Below, in pieces: positions 47,400 through 54,810 of a DNA stretch of 62,071 nucleotides (position 1 is its first letter; the number at the start of each line of letters is the position of its first letter). Made by a program: the position numbers and the translations under genes. The notes below the pieces were generated by a model. That model saw only the letters and a program-made list of their open reading frames with translations. It searched no databases and was not told the DNA's origin. The stretch spans positions 1 through 62,071 of the IMG/VR virus record IMGVR_UViG_3300037873_000013. The stretch is one strand, 5' to 3'. This DNA comes from a virus. Its lineage: Duplodnaviria; Caudoviricetes.

Positions 47400-47627
47400 T
47401 CACTCGTCCACGTCCACCTGTGGGCGGAGAGCTTCGAGCACGGCCATGGCCGCACCGCACAGGAACAGGCCGGGTCCGAAGAGCCAGCAGAGCCCGCCGA
47501 TCATGCCCCAGGTGTTTGAGGTCTGACCGGCGTTGTACATCGGGGTGATGACCGAGCCAACTGCGAACAGCATGGCACCAGCCAACAGCATCAGGAATGC
47601 CCATTGGTTACGCGTCATGGCGCCCAT
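47400..47627 (-). CDS. Two-TM membrane protein
   Basis: GAGGAGG RBS; two hydrophobic helices. Confidence 0.65.
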   Translation of the reverse strand: MGAMTRNQWAFLMLLAGAMLFAVGSVITPMYNAGQTSNTWGMIGGLCWLFGPGLFLCGAAMAVLEALRPQVDVDE

Positions 47628-47784
47628 CGTAAGCCTCCTCAATGTCGAGTGCTCGAATGTTGTAGTTCCGTGCGAGTAGCCGTGCTCGTAGCCAGTAGAT
47701 GGCTCGGGTCTTGTTCAGGGTGAACCGAGCATCGATCAGGCCAGGCTCACACTCGGCCATTTTGCAGACCTGAGACCAGGTCAT
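47608..47784 (-). CDS. Small hypothetical protein (58 aa)
   Basis: Manual translation MTWSQVCKMAECEPG...; ATGA coupling. Confidence 0.5.
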   Translation of the reverse strand: MTWSQVCKMAECEPGLIDARFTLNKTRAIYWLRARLLARNYNIRALDIEEAYDGRHDA

Positions 47785-48065
47785 GCCAGATCACAGCCTT
47801 CCTGGTGGCCTTCATCGGCCACGATCTGGCCGGGGCAACCACAGGGGAGCACACCGTCAGTCGATCGGTAGAAGTAGTGCGTGCCGCCACGAGGGCCCGA
47901 GCGCTCTTCACGTAGCGCGTAGCCCTTGTCAACCAGGTGCTCACAGGCGCCGACACAACGGATCAGCGTGCTGGGGACCCAGCGGTTGCCGTTGCCGCTC
48001 AGGCGTTGGAGCCGCCCATACACTTCCTTCTGGTGCGGAGTGAGCCGCTTCTTGGTGCTCGTCAT
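47781..48065 (-). CDS. Early winged-helix-like protein (MTSTKKRLT..., 94 aa)
   Basis: Minus-strand TTGACT-N17-TATGAT-7 nt-ATGACGAGCA; LT.HQ.EV...HLVDKGY..RE...YFYR. Confidence 0.7.
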   Translation of the reverse strand: MTSTKKRLTPHQKEVYGRLQRLSGNGNRWVPSTLIRCVGACEHLVDKGYALREERSGPRGGTHYFYRSTDGVLPCGCPGQIVADEGHQEGCDLA

Positions 48066-48141
48066 GTAGGTGATCATACTCCGCCGAAGAAACCGAGTCA
48101 AGTAGGTTGACAAACTCCGCCGGATCTGATTAGCTGTGGTC
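48066..48141. promoter_or_regulatory. Back-to-back divergent promoters
   Basis: TTGACT (minus, 48096-48101) and TTGACA (plus, 48107-48112), each with CTCCGCC in the spacer. Confidence 0.7.
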
Positions 48142-48460
48142 ATGGACAGCGGGACGCCGCTGGTGAGGAGGGGTGATCCCGCCTTCAATGCTCCCACGGG
48201 ATACATGCCGGCCCTGGTTGGGCGATGCAGCGGAAGAGCTAACTCTCTTCCACAGGGTTCGATTCCCGCTGACGGCACGAGCCATCACGTAGTTCCCGGA
48301 ACAGGGTCTTAAACCGATCTCTGAGCCTCCCATCAACGGTCCACCGTCCCAAGGCGACGTCATCCGGCCCGACGGCACTTGCCGCCAACCCCGGAACCCT
48401 CGCAGGGTCACAGGATGTCAGTGCAGGGCGCGAGCTGCGGATCGGGCGTGATGGCTTTCA
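48142..48460 (+). ncRNA. Putative large structured ncRNA (two closed domains)
   Basis: Long-range pairs 48147-48154/48264-48271 and 48280-48289/48447-48456; several internal hairpins; T-loop-like GGGTTCGATTCCC. Confidence 0.5.
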
Positions 48461-48490
48461 TTCGAGACAGAGACGAGCAGGAGACGAGAG

Positions 48491-49000
48491 ATGAAACGAT
48501 CCGAACTAAGTCCTGGACTCGAAGTTGAGCGCAAGCAGGGCAGAGAGTACCCGAGCTTCACCACAGGCATCATCGTGCTCGATGACCACAATTGGGATTC
48601 AGTTCCGAGATGGCGACGCAGAAGCCCTGACCATGTGTACGAGCCTGCACAAGGTCCGAAGGATTACGCCGCTCATCGTGGGATTCCTTGTGCTGTGCGA
48701 GTCGGCACGGAGTGGCGACCCAAGCTGATCCGAGCACAGGAGCTGGTGCCTGCTGGTTCAGCTGCTACGCACGATGCTGCTCAGCAGCAAGCCAAAGAGC
48801 GACAGAACAACCTCGAACAGCAGCGCAACGAGAGACTGCAGAGCCTCAAAGAGCGTTCGGGTGTCGAGATGTTGCGATATGCCACCGGTTGGCAGAACAT
48901 CGACTACACCAGCGTCACACTCTCGATCGAGGACTTCGAGCGTGTGCTCTCCGATGCTCTCGAAGCTCGGACAGCTCGGGCTGCTGGCAAGATCAGTTGA
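48491..49000 (+). CDS. Hypothetical protein
   Basis: AGGAG RBS in a GAGAC-rich leader. Confidence 0.7.
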   Translation: MKRSELSPGLEVERKQGREYPSFTTGIIVLDDHNWDSVPRWRRRSPDHVYEPAQGPKDYAAHRGIPCAVRVGTEWRPKLIRAQELVPAGSAATHDAAQQQAKERQNNLEQQRNERLQSLKERSGVEMLRYATGWQNIDYTSVTLSIEDFERVLSDALEARTARAAGKIS

Positions 49001-49009
49001 TCAACCTAC

Positions 49010-49054
49010 TTGACAACCTCCGCCAACCGTGACATGCTTCTCTCATGACGAGCA
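49010..49054 (+). promoter_or_regulatory. TTGACA-N17-CATGCT promoter + leaderless ATGACGAGCA start
   Basis: ATG 49045. Confidence 0.7.
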
Positions 49055-49374
49055 CCCAGCACCTCCCCACCGACACCATTGCTGCCCACTCGGCCAAGCT
49101 GGCCGGGCCCCGCGGCTACATCGACGGTCTTCTTGTCTTCATCCCGGGCTCAGCCTTCTTCGTGGCCAATGGCCAGCCCATGCGGACCGGCACTTTCGTG
49201 CCCGTCAACCGCTCGGGCATCTGGGCCACCCTGGATGACAATGGTGACGTGCTCGTGCAGGTCGGCTCGGAAGGTGAGCAGGTCGTTCGCACGTCGGGCT
49301 GCTCGACTGAGCTGCAGAAGCTGGGTGTGCCCACCTATCACCACGGGCAGCAGCTCGACTTCCAGGCGGCATGA
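49045..49374 (+). CDS. Early protein (MTSTQHL...)
   Basis: Conserved start cassette. Confidence 0.75.
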   Translation: MTSTQHLPTDTIAAHSAKLAGPRGYIDGLLVFIPGSAFFVANGQPMRTGTFVPVNRSGIWATLDDNGDVLVQVGSEGEQVVRTSGCSTELQKLGVPTYHHGQQLDFQAA

Positions 49375-50324
49375 CCGCTCAACTTAGCCAGAGGGAGCTG
49401 TGTGCTCTCTCTGGCTGTTTCGCTCCACCCATGTATCTGAGCATGCCTCGATGCGGATATCCAGATTGTGGGGCAGTCCTAGTGGGAGAGTGGAACGAAC
49501 GGTTCTCTCAGTGGGATTGGATTGATCTGGATGGCCACATGCTTGTGCATCACGACTGGGTTGACGAGATCTACAAGAGACTCGAAGACGTTGGCGAGCG
49601 GAGTCTCTCAAAGAGCAAGAAGGTCAGGCGGACAGTCACAGACGATCAAGCAGCTTGGTACTCGGAGACTCGTGCTGCTCTCGATCTAGGTTGGATACAT
49701 ACCTTCCACCAGCACTGCCCAGTAGGTGGTAAGACCGACGGATCAGGGCCTTGGTGCTGTGCTCAGCCGATGCAATGGACAGAGCCAGGGTGGCGCTGTC
49801 GAGTGCGCAAGGAGACGATCGTGCAAGCTGTCAGCGATGCTGTCTGGGTGCTTTGGGGTCTCCAGCGAACCACCAACGAGCTGTCACAGCTCCACAGGGG
49901 CCTGTACGAGAGCTGCAAGCACGCCCAGCCAGGATGGGCAGCAGATGGCTGGATCACGGGCCCCTACCGCGAGGGCTTCGAGCCCAAGGCGCTCTTGCTC
50001 ATCCAGTCGAACAGGTTACTTGACAATGACCGCCAAGTGAGCGAGACTGAGCCCATGACGAGCACGATCGGACAGCGAGAGGCGACCAACCGAGCGATCA
50101 AGGCCACGGCCATCCTGGCTGTGCTCGATGGCTTCAGTCTGAGCGCTGACGAAGTGGAGCGGCTGGATGACGCTGGTTGGCAGGCAGCTGCGCAGCTCGC
50201 TGCGAAGCGCCAGAACCCTCCGGCTGAGTGGATCGATGCCAGTCCTACCACCCGAGCCACGGTCATCGGAACGCTTCGCCAGCGCGAGGCGACTCCGAAC
50301 GAGTTCGAGGGGTTCCCGCAGTGA
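49371..50324 (+). CDS. Cys/Trp-rich hypothetical protein containing an internal promoter and in-frame restart at 50055
   Basis: ATGA coupling; internal cassette at 50007-50064. Confidence 0.6.
   Translation: MTAQLSQRELCALSGCFAPPMYLSMPRCGYPDCGAVLVGEWNERFSQWDWIDLDGHMLVHHDWVDEIYKRLEDVGERSLSKSKKVRRTVTDDQAAWYSETRAALDLGWIHTFHQHCPVGGKTDGSGPWCCAQPMQWTEPGWRCRVRKETIVQAVSDAVWVLWGLQRTTNELSQLHRGLYESCKHAQPGWAADGWITGPYREGFEPKALLLIQSNRLLDNDRQVSETEPMTSTIGQREATNRAIKATAILAVLDGFSLSADEVERLDDAGWQAAAQLAAKRQNPPAEWIDASPTTRATVIGTLRQREATPNEFEGFPQ
50055..50324 (+). CDS. Early protein (MTSTIGQ..., 89 aa), nested in frame
   Basis: TTGACA(50020)-N17-GAGACT-6 nt-ATGACGAGCA. Confidence 0.65.
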   Translation: MTSTIGQREATNRAIKATAILAVLDGFSLSADEVERLDDAGWQAAAQLAAKRQNPPAEWIDASPTTRATVIGTLRQREATPNEFEGFPQ

Positions 50325-50530
50325 GCCGAGACCGGCATCATCGTGTGACTCCAGGTATGCCGATGACGGAGCACGAGGACGGACGACTCCAGGCCAGGGA
50401 GCAGATTCGATCAGCTCGGGAACGTCTAGCAATCACAGTTCATCTACATCGGGCTGATGAGGCTCAGTGGGCTTCAAAGTCGAGTGAGTGGCAGCGTGGC
50501 TATGACGACGGCTGGAAGTCGATGACATGA
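50321..50530 (+). CDS. Hypothetical protein
   Basis: GTGA coupling; WQRGYDDGW motif. Confidence 0.55.
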   Translation: MSRDRHHRVTPGMPMTEHEDGRLQAREQIRSARERLAITVHLHRADEAQWASKSSEWQRGYDDGWKSMT

Positions 50531-50757
50531 ATCTCTGTCGCGAGACAGCCTTTCGAGAAGGGCTTAGCGATCCGGAGTTCTGGGAACATGTGTTACTGGG
50601 TGGCAGTGCTCCGGGGCCTGACTACGACATCGATCTCGATGACATCCAGCAAATGCAGGGCTCACCCTGCAGCGTTTGTGGCCAGCCTGGAGCTTGCGCC
50701 TATGACGCAGACGGACGACCGATGGTCCATACGACGGAAGACGAGACGGAGCTATGA
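50527..50757 (+). CDS. Small zinc-finger protein (CSVCG..GAC.YD..GRP..H)
   Basis: ATGA coupling. Confidence 0.65.
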   Translation: MNLCRETAFREGLSDPEFWEHVLLGGSAPGPDYDIDLDDIQQMQGSPCSVCGQPGACAYDADGRPMVHTTEDETEL

Positions 50758-51650
50758 GACAAGCCTTCATCAGCTGGACACCGCGAGGTGAGTCGGCTCG
50801 ACTGGTCGACCATGCAGACACCATCTGTGCGGATTACCAGCAGCAAGGGTACGATCTGACGCTTCGTCAGCTCTACTACCAGTTCGTAGCTCGGGATCTC
50901 ATCCCCAACACGCAGAAGAGCTACAAGCGACTGGGCTCGATCGTCGACAGCGCTCGCCTGGCTGGCATGCTCGACTGGGATTACATCGTTGACCGTACGC
51001 GCAATGTGTACCGGACCGATGGCAGAGACACGAGCCCGGCTTCCGCTGTCGAGCAGACGGCAGAGAACTACGCACGAGAACTCTGGGAAGCTCAGCCCAA
51101 CCATGTGGAAGTCTGGGTGGAGAAGGAAGCTCTGGCAGGCGTGGTCGAGCGTGCTGCTGGAGCTACCGGCATCAACTACTTCTCGTGCCGTGGCTATGTC
51201 AGCCAGAGCGAGATGTACTCAGCTGGTCGACGCTTCCGCCGCTACAAGAGTCTCGGTAAGTCGGTCTACATCATCCACCTGGGTGACCATGACCCCAGTG
51301 GGATCGACATGACGCGGGACATCGAAGAACGCCTGAACATGTTCGGTAGCTATCCCGAGATCCGCCGCATCGCTCTCAACATGGATCAGGTGAACCAGTA
51401 CAACCCTCCGCCGAACTTCGCCAAGGTCACGGATACCCGGTTCCAGGCGTACCAAGAGCTGTACGGAGATGAATCCTGGGAGCTTGACGCTCTCGACCCT
51501 GCAACGCTCAATGATCTGATCACCAACGAGGTTCTGAGCCTCCGTGACGAAGAGCTGTGGGCAGAAGCCCGAGATCAACAGGAGACCGAGCGAGAGCAGC
51601 TCCAGCGAGTGTCGGACATGTGGGAAGACGTAGTGGAGCTGATCGGATGA
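50754..51650 (+). CDS. Topoisomerase VI-A/Spo11-like (Mini-A type) TOPRIM protein
   Basis: Winged-helix TLRQLYY (candidate catalytic Tyr), VWVEKEAL, RGY, GDHDPSG, RIAL, WELDAL. Confidence 0.8.
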   Translation: MRQAFISWTPRGESARLVDHADTICADYQQQGYDLTLRQLYYQFVARDLIPNTQKSYKRLGSIVDSARLAGMLDWDYIVDRTRNVYRTDGRDTSPASAVEQTAENYARELWEAQPNHVEVWVEKEALAGVVERAAGATGINYFSCRGYVSQSEMYSAGRRFRRYKSLGKSVYIIHLGDHDPSGIDMTRDIEERLNMFGSYPEIRRIALNMDQVNQYNPPPNFAKVTDTRFQAYQELYGDESWELDALDPATLNDLITNEVLSLRDEELWAEARDQQETEREQLQRVSDMWEDVVELIG

Positions 51651-51865
51651 CTGACAAGAAGAAGCGTATCTACATCGATGAGATAGAAGGTCGGATAGAA
51701 GAGATTCGTGCCGTCGCTCGCGACTACGAGAGGGCTCATTCCATGGAGGACGATCTCTTTCGTGATGTGCTGGCTGCTATCGCTGACGGGCAGCAGAGTG
51801 CCAGAAAACTGGCAATTGAAGTGCTCAAGTCAAGAGAGATCGAGTTCCCGAGGTACTCTGCATGA
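51647..51865 (+). CDS. Hypothetical protein (D.E.AH..ED.L...VL)
   Basis: ATGA coupling. Confidence 0.65.
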   Translation: MTDKKKRIYIDEIEGRIEEIRAVARDYERAHSMEDDLFRDVLAAIADGQQSARKLAIEVLKSREIEFPRYSA

Positions 51866-52392
51866 CCATCAAGACAACTGACGGTTTCTGGCGTAGCCAC
51901 GACCGAGACCATGAAGCACTGCCCAAGCCCAGTGATGAGACTGATCCGCTGAAGGTGACGCAGCACAACGGACCACATGCCCGAGTCCTCACGTGTGGTG
52001 TCTGCGGGATGCCAGCCCACTTGGAACACCACAAGCTCTTGAAGGCAGGCACCCAAGGCATGCTGCCAGTGCCTCCTTTGGCGTTCGGTCGGTTGGACCA
52101 GAACATCTGGGTTCCGAGGCATGGGCCGGCTCCCTACAGCTCGCGCACCTACCGGGAAGAGCTGCGCGGCACCACACCCGTGATCGAGCTGCCCGACGCC
52201 ACGGTGATGGTCGACATCAGCCAAGGCAAGCGACACCTTCCCAGGCGTGGCACCGAGCGCAAGCGCGGTGCCACGGACACCGCTCAGGTGCTCTGTGAGA
52301 CGGTGACCGGATGGCACTGGAAGATGCAGCTTGGCGACTGCTGGCACGCGGAGGTTTGCAAGTTCTGCCTGGAGAACCCTGCTCAGATCTAG
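51862..52392 (+). CDS. Hypothetical protein with Cys/His motifs
   Basis: ATGA coupling. Confidence 0.6.
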   Translation: MTIKTTDGFWRSHDRDHEALPKPSDETDPLKVTQHNGPHARVLTCGVCGMPAHLEHHKLLKAGTQGMLPVPPLAFGRLDQNIWVPRHGPAPYSSRTYREELRGTTPVIELPDATVMVDISQGKRHLPRRGTERKRGATDTAQVLCETVTGWHWKMQLGDCWHAEVCKFCLENPAQI

Positions 52393-52451
52393 TCGACCAA
52401 CTTACTTGACAGACTCCGCCAACAGGCGTATAGTCACCTGCATGACGAGCA
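52393..52451 (+). promoter_or_regulatory. Operator + TTGACA-N17-TATAGT promoter + leaderless ATGACGAGCA start
   Basis: -35 52406, -10 52429, ATG 52442. Confidence 0.75.
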
Positions 52452-52720
52452 CCACCGCTCCCCAGCCCACCAGCACTCCGCATGAGGAGCTGGGCGCCAC
52501 CACCCTGAACCAGCTGGTTCGAGCTTTCAATGCTGACCCTGGTCTCATCCAGGTGAACTTCGATGGCCGGGCCCTGGGCTCACACGTGGTGGTCGACGGT
52601 GAGCGCATCGAGATCGACATTGTGCACGTCAAGGAGCGGGACCTGCATCTGATCCATCAGCTCGACGCCACGCGGTTCGGTTCGCTGGACGAGTGCGAGA
52701 TCTGCAAGGCGGAAGGCTGA
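52442..52720 (+). CDS. Early protein (MTSTTAPQ..., 92 aa)
   Basis: Conserved start cassette. Confidence 0.75.
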   Translation: MTSTTAPQPTSTPHEELGATTLNQLVRAFNADPGLIQVNFDGRALGSHVVVDGERIEIDIVHVKERDLHLIHQLDATRFGSLDECEICKAEG

Positions 52721-53021
52721 TGCCGACCCTGGCCACGATCCATTACTGCGAGCGCCGTGACCAAGGCTGGGCACAGTGTGTTCGTGGGACGGGCAAGCCG
52801 ACACGGAAGAAGTGTGGTTTCTGTGGCGGTCGGATCCTGATCGAGCGTGGGCTTTGGACGGTTCGTGTGTGTGGCGCCAGGATGACCGGTACACGGATGT
52901 CGAGACCGTGAAGACTTTCCGGACCGAGAAGGCTGGCTGGAGCTTCCTGAACGGCAACACGGGCGAGAACTGGGTGCTGCACTGGGTGCGCTCGGGCCCG
53001 GCTGAGGTGCACCAGCCGTAG
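52720..53021 (+). pseudogene. Zinc-finger gene apparently split by a (GT)4 slip
   Basis: Removing one GT at 52865-52872 joins ORF 52720..52911 to the frame ending at 53021 (99 aa). Confidence 0.5.
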
Positions 53022-53064
53022 CACGTTCAGGGTGGTGGTGCTCGTGGTCATCTAGGATGGCCGA

Positions 53065-54810
53065 GTGGCTAGCCTGAGCGACACCGTCATCGACATGTAC
53101 GGGCCCCTGACATACAAAGGCTCGTTTCGCAACAACAGCAATGAGCTGCTGGCCACTCACTGGGTGCCACAGGAGCACCAGCGCCGTCTGCGCGCCTACA
53201 CCGTCCTCTCCGCCTATCTGAGGAACATGTCTCGGGAGCTTCTCGAAGGGGAGAAGGCTCGGCAGAACCGGCGGGAGTACGGAGACCCCTGGTTGCTGGT
53301 CGAGACCATCGTCGCAGCGATCATGGGCGAAGAGACCACGATCATGGTCGACGGTGCCGGAGCCACCGAGGGTGAGAACAACACTCCGGTCAATCCCGAT
53401 GCCGATGCCATCCAGGAGTGGTTCGACGGCTGGGGTGACGATGAACACCCCCTGCTCGCCATCACCGAGGGAGAGACGGATGCCGTAGGGCTTGGCGATG
53501 GCGTCTGGGAGGTGACGTGGGATGGGCAGAAGAAACGCCCTCGCGTCACTGTCTATGACCCAGGCTGGTACTTCCCTGTTCTGATGACGATGGAGCAGTC
53601 GAACTCTGACTTCCCGACACGCATCCATGCCGCCTGGGAGTTCGAGCGCTGGGAGCTGGACAGCAATCAGCAACGGGTACCGGTCAAGTACGTCAGGAAG
53701 ATCACCTGGAATCTGGTTGATATCCCAGGGTTGGCGAAGCGGCATCCTTGGAATGACGAACCCACCGATTTGACCTGTCTCAAGACGGATGCAACCTGGA
53801 AGTTCCAGGACATCGGTCCTCGCACAGCCGAAGACTTCGATCTCAGCAAGGCGACCATTGCGACCATCGTCGGTCCCGATGGGCAGCTGATCGAGGTTCG
53901 AGACCTTGATCTTGATCTCGACTTCATCCCGGTGGTGCACCTCCCCAACACCATCGCACGCAAGGAGCACTTCGGACTCAGCTCATTGGCCATGGTCCTG
54001 CAGATCCTGGATGACCTGCAGTCGGCGGACACGGACCTTGCGTTGGCCAGCCGGACCACGGGCACACCACCTCTCTGGTCAAAGGGGAGCTTTGCTCAGG
54101 CCAACGGCGCTGGGCAGACCGAGGCTGGCAAGAAGGTCACGACGTATGGGCCTGGTCAGCTCTTCGATGGTGAGGTTGGGATCGTCGACACTTCGAGAGC
54201 GCTTGATGCACTCCTGAAGTACGTCGAGTTCCTTCTGAGGCGTCTCAGCTCGAACGTCCAGCTGCCGGAAGCCTCCCTTGGCCGGCTGGACCCATCCAAG
54301 ATCGACGCTGGTGTCATCATGTCGCTGAGCTTCGGTCCGCTCTCTCGCATGGTCAAGAAGATGCGGCTGGTACGGGACGAGAAGTACCCACTCTTGCTCA
54401 AGATGGTGGCTCGGACGGCTCTCAAGTACCAAGCCCTTGAAGGGATCACGAAAGCCACGGAGATGCCGGCTATCCGTCTGGTCTTCGGTCGCTTCATGCC
54501 GCTCGATCGTGCTGCCGTGACAGACATGGCCATCAAGCTCTTCGAGGCTAAGCTCGTCAGCCGACTGACCGCCATCAAGATGCTGATCGAAGAGGCTGGG
54601 CTCTCCATCGAAGAGGCCAACGAAGAGCTTGAGCGCATCGAGCACGAGGACTTCGAGGGTGCCGGAGAGCTGGCCGATGCGAGCGACGACATCAACGCTG
54701 CACGTGCCCGCCTGGGGCTCGCACCGCTGCCTGAGGACCAGGCCAGGCCCCAGCCTCCGTCGCTGAACCTCCCGGAGCCTGAGCCGGGTGAGCTGGGTGC
54801 TGACCAGTGA
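53065..54810 (+). CDS. Portal protein
   Basis: 581 aa heading the head module; GLGDGVW.V.WD, FIPVVHLPN...HFGLS, helical C-terminus. Confidence 0.85.
   Translation: MASLSDTVIDMYGPLTYKGSFRNNSNELLATHWVPQEHQRRLRAYTVLSAYLRNMSRELLEGEKARQNRREYGDPWLLVETIVAAIMGEETTIMVDGAGATEGENNTPVNPDADAIQEWFDGWGDDEHPLLAITEGETDAVGLGDGVWEVTWDGQKKRPRVTVYDPGWYFPVLMTMEQSNSDFPTRIHAAWEFERWELDSNQQRVPVKYVRKITWNLVDIPGLAKRHPWNDEPTDLTCLKTDATWKFQDIGPRTAEDFDLSKATIATIVGPDGQLIEVRDLDLDLDFIPVVHLPNTIARKEHFGLSSLAMVLQILDDLQSADTDLALASRTTGTPPLWSKGSFAQANGAGQTEAGKKVTTYGPGQLFDGEVGIVDTSRALDALLKYVEFLLRRLSSNVQLPEASLGRLDPSKIDAGVIMSLSFGPLSRMVKKMRLVRDEKYPLLLKMVARTALKYQALEGITKATEMPAIRLVFGRFMPLDRAAVTDMAIKLFEAKLVSRLTAIKMLIEEAGLSIEEANEELERIEHEDFEGAGELADASDDINAARARLGLAPLPEDQARPQPPSLNLPEPEPGELGADQ

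Noticed and set aside
48250-48275. tRNA gene around GGGTTCGATTCCC
   Set aside because: Only a 3-bp T stem, with no matching acceptor stem, D arm or CCA; kept as part of the larger ncRNA candidate.
50754-51650. Wadjet JetD or a complete type IIB topoisomerase
   Set aside because: No SMC-like JetABC or GHKL B subunit is recognisable in the genome.
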